From contig OZ037836.1 in NCBI GenBank assembly GCA_964035575.1, forward strand, positions 2,108,001 to 2,151,000: 43,000 bases of DNA, given 5' to 3'. This DNA comes from Rhynchopus sp. YZ270_cl-10. Taxonomy: Eukaryota. Position numbers and translations under genes: made by a program. Position 1 is the first letter of the stretch. Every line of letters starts with the position of its first letter. The notes beneath the pieces were generated by a model that saw nothing but the letters and a program-made list of their open reading frames with translations, did not search any database and was not told where the DNA came from. Of this stretch, positions 23,555-34,183 are shown piece by piece.

Positions 23555-25906
23555 ATGGACGTAACCATCAAGGGGTACGACGACAACTTGTTCATGATCG
23601 AGGTGGGTGTGGATGACACAACGGAGACGATGCGGCAGAAGGTGGCGTCTGCAGTGGGGTTGGCTGAGGACAGCTTCCACATGGGCTTCGGAGGGAAGGA
23701 CGAAGGAGAGGACATCACGCAGCTGAGTGCTGGAGACACAATCATCCTCACGAAAGTGAAGAAGTACGAGGCGAGAGCAGAGCTTCACGCGTTGGGTGAG
23801 ACGGACATCACTGCAGAGCGGTTGGGGGAGGTGGAGGATCCTGAGGAGGCGTGTTTGCTTCTGCAGGCGGAGGTTGCGACTGTCATTCCGGACTACTTCT
23901 TGTCCGGTTCATCGTTAACGAGACTTGATCTGAGTGCTGTGTCGTGTGTGACGGAGGTTGGTGATAGGTTTCTGTACAGTTGTACAACGTTGACAAGCAT
24001 CGACCTGTCAGGGTTGAGCAATGTGACGCGCATCGGTGGCTACTTTCTCTTCAACTGCAAAGGCTTAACCACTGTGGATCTTTCGCCACTCAGCAACTTG
24101 ACAGAATTCGGTAACCACTTTCTCAGCAGCTGCAAAGGCTTAACCACTCTGGATCTTTCGCCACTCAGCAACGTGACAGAAGTCGGTGGCTTCTTTCTCA
24201 GCGGCTGCAAAGGCTTAACCACTCTGGATCTTTCGCCACTCAGCAACTTGACGCGCATCGGTACTTACTTTCTCAAGAACTGCGAAGGCTTAACCACTCT
24301 GGATCTTTCGCCACTTAGCAACGTGACAGAAGTCGGTGACTACTTTCTCAAGAACTGCAAAGGTTTAACCATTCTGGATCTTTCGCCACTCAGCAACTTG
24401 ACGCGCATCGGTACTTACTTTCTCAAGAACTGCAAAGGTTTAACCACTCTGGATCTTTCGCCACTCAGCAACTTGACGCGCATCGGTACTTACTTTCTCA
24501 AGAACTGCGAAGGCGTAACCACTCTGGATCTTTCGCCACTTAGCAACTTGACAGAATTCGGTAACCACTTTCTCAGCGGCTGCACAGGATTAACCACTCT
24601 GGATCTTTCGCCACTCAGCAACTTGACGCGCATCGGTACTTACTTTCTCAAGAACTGCGAAGGCTTAACCACTCTGGATCTTTCGCCACTTAGCAACGTG
24701 ACAGAAGTCGGTGACTACTTTCTCATTAACTGCAAAGGCTTAACCACTCTGGATCTTTCGCCACTTAGCAACGTGACAGAAGTCGGTGACTACTTTCTCA
24801 TTAACTGCAAAGGTTTAACCACTCTGGATCTTTCGCCACTCAGCAACTTGACAGAATTCGGTAACCACTTTCTCAGCGGCTGCAAAGGCTTAACCCCTCT
24901 GGATCTTTCGCCACTCAGCAACTTGACGCGCATCGGTAGCGACTTTCTCATTAACTGCAAAGGCTTAACCACTCTGGATCTTTCGCCACTCAGCAACTTG
25001 ACAGAATTCGGTAACCACTTTCTCAGCGGCTGCAAAGGCTTAACCACTCTGGATCTTTCGCCACTCAGCAACTTGACGCGCATCGGTAGCGACTTTCTCA
25101 TTAACTGCAAAGGTTTAACCACTCTGGATCTTTCGCCACTCAGCAACTTGACAGAATTCGGTAACCACTTTCTCAGCGGCTGCGAAGGTTTAACCACTGT
25201 GGATCTTTCGCCACTCAGCAACTTGACGCGCATCGGTAGCGACTTTCTCATTAACTGCAAAGGCTTAACCACTCTGGATCTTTCGCCACTCAGCAACTTG
25301 ACAGAATTCGGTAACCACTTTCTCAGCGGCTGCAAAGGCTTAACCCTGGATCTTTCGCCACTCAGCAACTTGACGCGCATCGGTAGCGACTTTCTCATTA
25401 ACTGCAAAGGCTTAACCACTCTGGATCTTTCGCCACTCAGCAACTTGACAGAATTCGGTAACCACTTTCTCAGCGGCTGCAAAGGCTTAACCCCTCTGGA
25501 TCTTTCGCCACTCAGCAACTTGACGCGCATCGGTAGCGACTTTCTCATTAACTGCAAAGGTTTAACCACTCTGGATCTTTCGCCACTCAGCAACTTGACA
25601 GAATTCGGTAACCACTTTCTCAGCGGCTGCGAAGGTTTAACCACTGTGGATCTTTCGCCACTCAGCAACGTGACAGAATTCGGTAACCACTTTCTCAGCA
25701 GCTGCAAAGGCTTAACCACTCTGGATCTTTCGCCACTCAGAAGAGTTAAGGTTGTTGATTCGGACTTTCTTACGAACTGCACTTCGTTGAAGAGTATTCA
25801 CCTTACCGGCTGCAGCAGTGCTGTGTCCGACGCAGTAGTGAAGTGCGAGCTGAGCAAGCTTGTGGTTGAAGCACGTCCGAAACGCAGCAGAGACGAATCC
25901 CCTTAG
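23555..25906 (+). CDS. Ubiquitin-like domain + LRR protein, copy D, expanded to about 25 repeats (783 aa)
   Basis: 18 more 75-bp repeats than copies A-C, one with a 3-bp deletion; CAG>TAG stop removes the last 11 aa. Confidence 0.88.
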   Translation: MDVTIKGYDDNLFMIEVGVDDTTETMRQKVASAVGLAEDSFHMGFGGKDEGEDITQLSAGDTIILTKVKKYEARAELHALGETDITAERLGEVEDPEEACLLLQAEVATVIPDYFLSGSSLTRLDLSAVSCVTEVGDRFLYSCTTLTSIDLSGLSNVTRIGGYFLFNCKGLTTVDLSPLSNLTEFGNHFLSSCKGLTTLDLSPLSNVTEVGGFFLSGCKGLTTLDLSPLSNLTRIGTYFLKNCEGLTTLDLSPLSNVTEVGDYFLKNCKGLTILDLSPLSNLTRIGTYFLKNCKGLTTLDLSPLSNLTRIGTYFLKNCEGVTTLDLSPLSNLTEFGNHFLSGCTGLTTLDLSPLSNLTRIGTYFLKNCEGLTTLDLSPLSNVTEVGDYFLINCKGLTTLDLSPLSNVTEVGDYFLINCKGLTTLDLSPLSNLTEFGNHFLSGCKGLTPLDLSPLSNLTRIGSDFLINCKGLTTLDLSPLSNLTEFGNHFLSGCKGLTTLDLSPLSNLTRIGSDFLINCKGLTTLDLSPLSNLTEFGNHFLSGCEGLTTVDLSPLSNLTRIGSDFLINCKGLTTLDLSPLSNLTEFGNHFLSGCKGLTLDLSPLSNLTRIGSDFLINCKGLTTLDLSPLSNLTEFGNHFLSGCKGLTPLDLSPLSNLTRIGSDFLINCKGLTTLDLSPLSNLTEFGNHFLSGCEGLTTVDLSPLSNVTEFGNHFLSSCKGLTTLDLSPLRRVKVVDSDFLTNCTSLKSIHLTGCSSAVSDAVVKCELSKLVVEARPKRSRDESP

Positions 25907-27258
25907 CAAGCACACAAACGGCAGAGACACGCACAATGACGATGAGGTGTGCTGCATAACGGGCTTCCTCAAGTCGCTCTTCCAGCGAAAGCAGACATGG
26001 TGGCAGTTTAGTGAGGACACATCAGTTGGAAAATGTTTGTTTAATGTTGATGAGGGTAGCATCGGTTTGTAATGTGGTCCACGTTTTTGTGGGAATTGTC
26101 AAGATCTTGATCACAAAGATGAAGATTTGGGCTGTGTGAAATGTTTGTCTTCTTTGCCTTGTCGGGTGTGCACTGTATGTGAAACAACTGTGGATCTGCA
26201 GGTACGTGCTCTGATGTTTATTCAGTGTGGTGTGTTGTGGTTTTGTTATGTTTTTACGCTTTTTTACGTTTGTAGAAGAAGGGACCTTGCAAACATTCTT
26301 TCGCAGGTGGGTACAAGCTGTCACCGTGGCACTCAGCTACGGTGCAGAAGAGGCAGTAGGGCAGACCAACTACCAAAGGTGGGGCCTGTGCTAGAGGGAA
26401 GGGGTTACGTTTTCAGGGTGTGTGCACTGTACGTGAGACAACTGACGTGCGCTGTTGTTTATCCAGTATCACGAACCTAGGGCATTTGAAAGCATATTCG
26501 GGGATGGTACATGGGGACAGGAAGGGTAACAAACAAGGTGGTCGCCCTTCTTTATTAGCACGCCATATGTTAGGGTTTTGTGCATTGCTTCTTTCATTTG
26601 TTTTAATATTAGAAACAATAACTGCGTTCCTTCCCACCACCCACCCCTCCACCTTTTCACGCATACCGCGCTCTGTTTGTGTACAAAACAATTTCAGGCA
26701 CATTTCGTGCTTCAAGTTTCCGTCCGTATTGGGGGTTTGCGGGTTTGCGGAAAAGAGACAATCATTGAATGAATATTAACAAGACACACAAAGAGAGAGA
26801 CAGTGGTATTTTATTCAATTACACACGACACCATCATTCATACCGCAAAGGCCGATCCTTTCGTGTATGTCTGCACATTCTTTCTGCAAAGAAGCCGTCC
26901 ACTGAATACCGTATCAACAACCCATCGCTATCACTCTGCACCTGCGGAATCTCCCAAAAGCAACAGACACAACAACACTGTTGATATTGACACAATTTTT
27001 GATGCAAATTCTTTCCGTTATTTACGTTGCTGCAACACAGCGTGTGAAAAAATGATAGTGCGGTGGGGAGGAGTGTTCAACTGTTCAATCTCCCTCCCCC
27101 ATTTTTCCGTTCGCGATTTTTTTACCCCTCCCGTTTGTAGACTCAACAGAGCGTGCATGTTAACAGTTCACAAACTGCAACAATACACACTCGATTGAAG
27201 GTCCCTTACATCCACTCTATTCCCACACCCCAACAGTTCTCACCCCGTTTCCCACACG

Positions 27259-29886
27259 ATGGCGACATGCAGCATCCAGTTGCTGACAGTGCTGCTGTGT
27301 GTGGCGCTGATTCTGTCAACAGGTGCGATCATCGGTGGCTTCACGTTGACAACATGGGACGACCTTCTGGAGAAGGCACGTGACACAGGTGACGAAGGCT
27401 TTGGGATGTGTCTCGAAAGTGGTACGGCGGACATCGAAACGGTCTCGGCACGCTACCTGCGCTCCGTCCTTGGCAGTGTGGACGCTGCGGTGAAGGAGTA
27501 CTTGAAGGTGCCTGAGCAGCTTCTCACGACACTTGCAAACCTTGCGCAAGCCCACCACCCAGATGTCAGCACCTCTCCTGCCTTTAGCGCCACAACCATG
27601 CGCCCCGCCATCGCGTCAGCTTTCAGAGCTGTGAACTCTTCTGGAGTGGACCAAATGAAACACGAGACGTACCCTTGGTGTAATGCGCACCCGATTCCAT
27701 GGACTCACGACGTGAATAGCACGTTCTCAGGATGGGGGTCATTGATAGCTGTATGGCAGGCGGACCACGTCTCAGGTGTGCTCGACCCAAACGCCCCAGC
27801 ACCTCTATTGATGTTTGATTCCAGAGACCCGTTCACGTCTCAGGGGGGCTTGGGACATTACAGTCTAGTGACTGAAGTGAACAACCGAGGTGCGCCCAGA
27901 GACCTGACGCTTCCGTGCAACTACTTCCCAAACTATATCAAAGGCGAAGCCAGGGGCATGTGTTTCTATCCTGTGTCCCTACTTATGCCACCACCAGTAA
28001 TGGCAAAACGAGGAAGACAACTGCACAACCTGCATGACGGTGATCCACCGCTCAATCCTGCCGACGAGCTTGTGTACTCACACATGAGTAGTAATTGGAA
28101 TTATATATCCTGGGAGCTGAGCTACACCTACACCCACCCAGAGATGTACACGATGTACCCCAAGCAGGGCAAGCGTGTAGGTGTCGTCAGTGCAACTGTG
28201 ACGGCAGATGGAGTCACAGAGGCAGTCAATAACCAGCTGCTTCCCACTGGCACATCACTCTATCTCGTTGAGGAAGACGTGAGGACACAGTCAGTTGGGT
28301 TGGTCGTGGCGTACAACAGAGGACGTCATGTCAAACAGGTGCCCACGTACTACCCTCCTCCGCTTGGGATCACAGTTGATATTGCTTTGACCATCAATAT
28401 CACTAACCACTCGATGGAAGACGCAACATCACACATCCCCTCAGTGATTGCAGAGCACGGGCGGTTTGTGTTCACACATCCGCGGAACTACGAAGACCTT
28501 GTGGAGAAGACAGAGGACTCCTTCATGAAGTGGTCTGACTCGAACGGCACGGAGTTCTGGACAATGACGTCAGAAATCAAGCACAGAACGATCTTGTGGT
28601 ACGCCAACCTTCTTGTGCCGAGAGAGTCTGTGATGGAGACAATTGATGCGTCGACGAATACAATCCGCGCGAAGGTGGCATCAGATCTGTCCTCTGCAGA
28701 CGCACAGAAGGAGGATGCCGTGATTGTGATGGTGATTGTCACAGTCATTGCGATCACGGCACTCCTGGCCATTGCTGTTGTGTTCACACGCTACATCACA
28801 TCACCTCTGCTGAAGCTTGGGAGTGAGATGGCAAGTGTGGCTGTGATGGACCTGGAGGCTGTGGACACGGGCCGTGCAGTGTCGCAGCTGAGTGAAGTGG
28901 GGATGATGCAGCGCAGCTTTGTTACCATGGTGGCGAACCTGGTGGAGTACCGGAACTACATGCCGCAGAGTGTGCTTGTCAACGACAGTGAGCAGAGCGA
29001 AGAAGTCTCTGGCACAGAGTCGGCCACACGGGATACCAAGTCTCAGTCTGCCTTGTCGCAGCGCTCGCACACGCAAAGCTCCGCAGAGGTGACGCAGACA
29101 CAGAAGACACTGCTGCGTGTGGAGGGTCTGAAGAAGAAGAGGGTGTCGCTGGCACACATGAACGTCGTGTCGTGGCATGACTTCTGCAAGAACCGCAAAG
29201 ATGCAGAAGTTCTCGCTGCACACGGTGGTGTGATGGAGAGGATCCTGGTGGCAGTGCAGCACAACAAAGGTGTGTGCGACACGTTTTCTGGGGACAAGAT
29301 GCTTGCCACCTTCAACGCCTTTGTTCCCAGCGCGTCACATCGTGTTGCCTGTGTGAAGGCTGCACACGAAGCAGCAACAGCACTTGGGGATACGCACAAG
29401 ATTTCGTACGGGTGCACGACAGGCGAGGCACGTGTCGGGAACATGGGTTGCAACGGGATGAAGAAGGTGTCAATTCTTGCACAGTGCATGTCGTGGGTGG
29501 TTGTGCTTGAGCGTTGGAACAAGAAGCACAACCTGCCTGGTGTGGTTGACCGTATTCTGTCGCGTGAGCTGGAGGGACAGGTGGCACTGCGTTGTGCAGG
29601 TGCGGTGCTGTTCGCAAAGCTGAGTGACAAGGCACAGGTTGTGTACGCTGTGAAGGGTTTGTGCAGTGTGGCGAACGAGGAGTGGATGTACCAGCTGGAG
29701 TCGGCAGAAACAAACAACCCTCATGCGTTGTGGAACGAAGCTTTTGAGCACATCATCAAACAGGACTTTGGGCAGGCTTCTGCTCTGCTTGAGGGTGTGG
29801 CTGCTGACCAACGTGGGCAGTACGAAGAGCTCATCACGTACGTGCAGGAGAAGGCCTACGTACCAGAGGTTGTCGACATGCACTAG
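27259..29886 (+). CDS. Receptor-type class III adenylate/guanylate cyclase-like protein (TM, sensor region, TM, HAMP, degenerate cyclase), 875 aa
   Basis: Two hydrophobic helices; HAMP-like ITSPLLKL...SEVGMMQRSF..M; YMPQSV; GVCDTFSGDKMLATFN; GCTTGEARVGNMG. Confidence 0.85.
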   Translation: MATCSIQLLTVLLCVALILSTGAIIGGFTLTTWDDLLEKARDTGDEGFGMCLESGTADIETVSARYLRSVLGSVDAAVKEYLKVPEQLLTTLANLAQAHHPDVSTSPAFSATTMRPAIASAFRAVNSSGVDQMKHETYPWCNAHPIPWTHDVNSTFSGWGSLIAVWQADHVSGVLDPNAPAPLLMFDSRDPFTSQGGLGHYSLVTEVNNRGAPRDLTLPCNYFPNYIKGEARGMCFYPVSLLMPPPVMAKRGRQLHNLHDGDPPLNPADELVYSHMSSNWNYISWELSYTYTHPEMYTMYPKQGKRVGVVSATVTADGVTEAVNNQLLPTGTSLYLVEEDVRTQSVGLVVAYNRGRHVKQVPTYYPPPLGITVDIALTINITNHSMEDATSHIPSVIAEHGRFVFTHPRNYEDLVEKTEDSFMKWSDSNGTEFWTMTSEIKHRTILWYANLLVPRESVMETIDASTNTIRAKVASDLSSADAQKEDAVIVMVIVTVIAITALLAIAVVFTRYITSPLLKLGSEMASVAVMDLEAVDTGRAVSQLSEVGMMQRSFVTMVANLVEYRNYMPQSVLVNDSEQSEEVSGTESATRDTKSQSALSQRSHTQSSAEVTQTQKTLLRVEGLKKKRVSLAHMNVVSWHDFCKNRKDAEVLAAHGGVMERILVAVQHNKGVCDTFSGDKMLATFNAFVPSASHRVACVKAAHEAATALGDTHKISYGCTTGEARVGNMGCNGMKKVSILAQCMSWVVVLERWNKKHNLPGVVDRILSRELEGQVALRCAGAVLFAKLSDKAQVVYAVKGLCSVANEEWMYQLESAETNNPHALWNEAFEHIIKQDFGQASALLEGVAADQRGQYEELITYVQEKAYVPEVVDMH

Positions 29887-31617
29887 CCGGGTGCGTCAGC
29901 ACCGTGCGTAGTAAGTAGCACGACAAATTCTTAAACCTTTACGACTCTGTTGATTCGCAAAACAGACGATAAAAAATAGCGAAACAGGGAGGCAAAATGG
30001 GGCTTTTTTTGGGCGTTCGCTGAAGTAACGAATCTGAGGGGATTTTGTTTAGGGATATACAAATCTCAATGTACAAAACCGTGTGAATCGCGATCGAATT
30101 TGAGAATGATGTTGTGGTGTCCTTTTGTACCCCCTTTTCCCCTCTCTCCCGCATAGACAGCCCCTCTCCGTCCATGTCTGTGCTCTACACCAGCTTCATG
30201 CCTCACAACAAGTTTCTTCTCTCTGCATGTATCAATGCAAAACAAGAACGATCAAAGTGAAAGGGACACAAACAATGCTGCATACTTTTAGTCTGTCGAT
30301 GTTTACCACCCAAAAATCAAGTAAGGGTAGTGTAACTTTTTCAGCCTCCGACCGCCAGATTTTTTGAAAACCAAAAAAAAAAAAAGTAATTGCTATCAGA
30401 AAAAAAACGGGGTGCGCTGTGGGGACTCACGCTCGTCCTTAGGGTGTCTAAATTTCGGCTTTTTCGGTTTTTTCGGTTTACCTTTGCCATTTTTTTGGTA
30501 AACACGTAGTATTTGACAAAATGCTCGAGACCCTCGTGAAAAGTCGCGCGTCTGCGTATCCCGCTCCCCGCTTGTTTTCCCCCTCTTTTCCCCCCTGTGC
30601 TCCACGACACTTTCTGTACTTCAGGCAAACACAACCATATCGTAAATCAAGTCGAAGAAGAAGAAAAAAAAGTGGAAGCGAACAACACACAACCTTTATT
30701 TTTCCCCCCCGTTTAATAACTTTATAGTCTTTTGAGCAACAAGCAAAGAGGAACGAGTCTCTCGAGCATTTTTTTTTTTTCAGAATTTTTTTGACAAGGC
30801 AGCAAATTTGTTTTTTGTTATTAGTAAATCTCTACGAGTGTTGGGGTGCATTGAGCTTTAGAAGAAGTTTCGAGGAAACTTACCACTGCTCCTTTGGGGA
30901 AGGGGAAGAAGAGGGAAGGGGAATGGGGAAGGAATCTACAAAGGCAAATAAAAATATTTTTGTGATAAATTGTTGGAGTAAGTGTAGTTTACCTCGGTTG
31001 TGTTTCCACAGTTGTGCAAATCTCTACTTTCCTTTTTTGAAAAAAGATGACTTGGTCCCCCCCAATGGAACGAACGCGTCATCTTAAATAACAAATAAAA
31101 AGTTTATGTTGTACAATCTCTACTGTTTTTTCTTTCTCTTTTTGTTTCGCTAAGAAAAGAATGTATATGAATTAATTTCTCTCTCTTTCTTTTGAAACAA
31201 TCTAACAGCAGATATTTTTACTTTGATTTTCACCTTTTTTATTTTTTTCCTCTTTTGCACCATACCCACCTGATTTATACCCCGCGGAGAGACGCGGAGA
31301 GGACCGTATAGGACCAAACGCGTTAAAAACGCGGGGTAAAAAATCTGGTGGTGTACTTTAGCCGCTATCAAAAAGAGGAAGATTTTCAGATTTTTTGTGT
31401 GTGATCTGGGGTGAGGAAGCGTTCCAACTTTTCAACCTCTTCCCCAATTTATGGTGTGGCGGTTACTGGGGGGTAAACCGGTAGAAACACGGGTCAAAGC
31501 CTTAGTTTCTCAGCCTTTTGCTTCACACTCACCTTTCGCAGCCTTGCTTTCACAGCTTACTTTTACAACTTTAGCAGCCTTGCATCCACAGCCACGTACC
31601 GCCCAGGGAAGACGTTT

Positions 31618-32458
31618 TTGAGTGGGTTAAACCGCAAGAAGCGTCCTGAAGGGGATCACACTGCAGAAGGCATGCGAAGAACACACGGCGACGAACTCGC
31701 ACACATCCCTGACGTTGAACTCGCGAAGGATTGGGAGAAGGACATGGATGTGAACGATGTGGTCACTGTTTCGGGAGCATCCATCCAGGCCTACCACGAC
31801 AAGCACACAGACGAAGACGCGTACTTCAAGACGACAGTCAAGGACACGTGCGACACACCTGGGCAGTGCCCCCCGCCTGTGAGTGATGTGTACGGAGGGA
31901 AGGAGTTCCGCATCACTGTCGCACATCGTTCTGGAGCGGGACGTTCCCGTTCTGTGCTGCGTTTCGTATTCCGGAGGCATGGAGGAAGAAGGCGCTCTCC
32001 AGCTTAAAGGTCTTGCGATAGAGAGGAGGCGACGGTGCTGTTGTGGTGGCGATGTTTGGAATCCTCTTCCGGGTTACGTACGTTGCGCAGCTGAAGCTAT
32101 GTCATTTCTGCGACTCCAAGACAGAGCTGTGGGCAGCAGAGAAGGCGTTACAGTATGCCTGCAGGAGAGGGTGGCCGTCCGTGCTCCTGTGGGTCGACAA
32201 CGATGCGGTGCGACTCGTCCTCCGAAAGGGACACACCAAGACTCGTCTGGGCAACGGCATCTGAGCAGAATCTTCTCAGGACTGCAGGCGGCGAAGATGA
32301 CGCTGCACGTGGAATGGATATCGACGGAAGTGATGCCGGCGGACTCTTGGTCGCGGAAGAGATCCTCGGGGTACGCACGCTTGACGCTGTGTGCAGAGAA
32401 CGTGGCGTTCTGTGTCGGGGGGTGCGCAGCACCGACGCGAAGGTACTTTTCGCACTAA
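31618..32458 (+). mobile_element. Degenerate DIRS/VIPER-like retrotransposon relic (RT C-terminal region + RNase H)
   Basis: ELWAAEKAL...VLLWVDNDAV...RKG, then across a frameshift LSRIF...LHVEWISTEVMPADSWSR, giving the RNase H E/DN/AD.xSR motifs; upstream FRIPEAWRKKA...WWRC.GILF; stops and frameshifts present. Confidence 0.7.
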
Positions 32459-32643
32459 CGGTGCCAATTGCAAACAGATTCTCCCTCATTTTCTCCTCCT
32501 ATTTTTATTTGATTACCCGCAAACCCGCAAACCCTTTTTATCTTTTTCCTACTATTTTGATCTTTTGACCACTCAGAGTACGATCATAACCCCACAACTA
32601 CAACAACACAACAACAGATATTCTGTGGACACAACAAAAGACA

Positions 32644-32810
32644 ATGCTGCGCGCATGCTTGGCAGCGCTGTGTGTAAGCACGGCTGCGACCGCTCAAGCG
32701 CCACCCACAGATGTGCCGAACACACGTGCACCTGGTGTGAACTACGTCTGTGATGAGCACAACGACCTGACAGGCACTGGGACCGTTAGCTTTCAGAACT
32801 ACCGAGAGCA
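32644..32810 (+). pseudogene. 5' end of a signal-peptide-bearing gene, cut off by a satellite
   Basis: MLRACLAALCVSTAATAQAPP... follows a CA-rich CAG acceptor-like tract and runs directly into (CCACAGCT)n. Confidence 0.5.
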
Positions 32811-33050
32811 CCACAGCTCCACAGCTCCACAGCTCCACAGCTCCACAGCTCCACAGCTCCACAGCTCCACAGCTCCACAGCTCCACAGCTCCACAGCTCC
32901 ACAGCTCCACAGCTCCACAGCTCCACAGCTCCACAGCTCCACAGCTCGGGGTTCATTTTTTTTTACAAAGGGGTTCATTTTTTTTTACTGGGGTTCATTT
33001 TTTTTTACAGGGGTTCATTTTTTTTTACAGGGGTTCATTTTTTTTTACAC
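32811..33050. repeat. (CCACAGCT)n, about 17 units, followed by five GGGGTTCATTTTTTTTAC units
   Basis: Direct reading. Confidence 0.95.
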
Positions 33051-33769
33051 AAAAAACTATGTTAAGACGAAATCCTACCGATGTGCCTACATGGGGATCA
33101 GATGGGTGGAGGGTGTTTACTTTGTGTTTAGCTCGGAGAAGTGGCTTACCCGCCCACTCTCTGTTATTTATTCAGTGTCATTTTTTCATTCATCCCCAAA
33201 GTTTGTAGACAGAGTCAAGACCACCTTGGCCAAAAGGGTTTTTTCACCACACTTTTCTTTTGCTTCCATTCGTGGAAGCGTTTGCTTTTCTTCTGTTCCT
33301 GGCCTGACGTGTGTTCAACAGGTGTGCTATTTTTACTGAGTGGAATCCATTTTTCTTTTTCCAGGTGAGGCACTAAAACAAGACATCCTGCAGACAACGA
33401 AACAATGGGCACGTGTGTTTTTTATTCTCCCTTCCCTTCTTTTAAGTAAGGAGGATTAGGTCTTCTTTTTTTCCTTTTTTTGCCCCATAAGTGTGACGCC
33501 TGTGTATTCAAATTGATTAAAAAGAATAAAAAACAAACACACGATGCAGTTTCTTGTTTTGTTTAGGAGGAAGTGGCCACTTACTTTACTTTACCGCCCA
33601 CCTTTTATACTAAAACTTGAAACACCGACCTTTTTTGGTCATCATTTTTTCATTTCCTTTTTCCTTTTCCATTTTCCTGTTCATTTTATTGTCTTTATTG
33701 TTTACTCCATTCTTCCTTTTTCCTTTCTTCTATTCTCACATACAAAAAAAGACCAAGTACATAAAAGAG

Positions 33770-33808
<39 letters not shown>
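33770..33808 (+). repeat. Poly(A) tract, 39 nt
   Basis: Ends a T-rich UTR-like segment and abuts a module of the downstream tandem repeat. Confidence 0.9.
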
Positions 33809-33810
<2 letters not shown>

Positions 33811-33934
33811 CACCCACACACCCACCCACACACCCCCTCACCATCCAGAGGGGATTTGACCAAAAAATCGATTTTTTTAAATAAATAGTTGCTCATCCAA
33901 AAGTGAATTTTTTGGGCTTAACGTGTTGTCTTTC

Positions 33935-34180
33935 ACAGCTCCACAGCTCCACAGCTCCACAGCTCCACAGCTCCACAGCTCCACAGCTCCACAGCTCCAC
34001 AGCTCCACAGCTCCACAGCTCCACAGCTCCACAGCTCCACAGCTCCACAGCTCCACAGCTCCACAGCTCCACAGCTCCACAGCTCCACAGCTCCACAGCT
34101 CCACAGCTCCACAGCTCCACAGCTCCACAGCTCCACAGCTCCACAGCTCCACAGCTCCACAGCTCCACAGCTCCACAGCT
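33935..34180. repeat. (CCACAGCT)n, about 31 units, at the 5' end of the insertion
   Basis: Perfect octamer array ending 3 nt before the ATG. Confidence 0.97.
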
Positions 34181-34183
34181 CAC

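Noticed and set aside
24030..25740. CRISPR-like repeat-spacer array
   Set aside because: In-frame 75-bp coding LRR units with related variable segments; no cas genes; eukaryotic context
30353..31351. Element bounded by CCGCCAGATTTTT and AAAAATCTGGTGG
   Set aside because: Only a 13-bp imperfect match including a homopolymer, and no TSD
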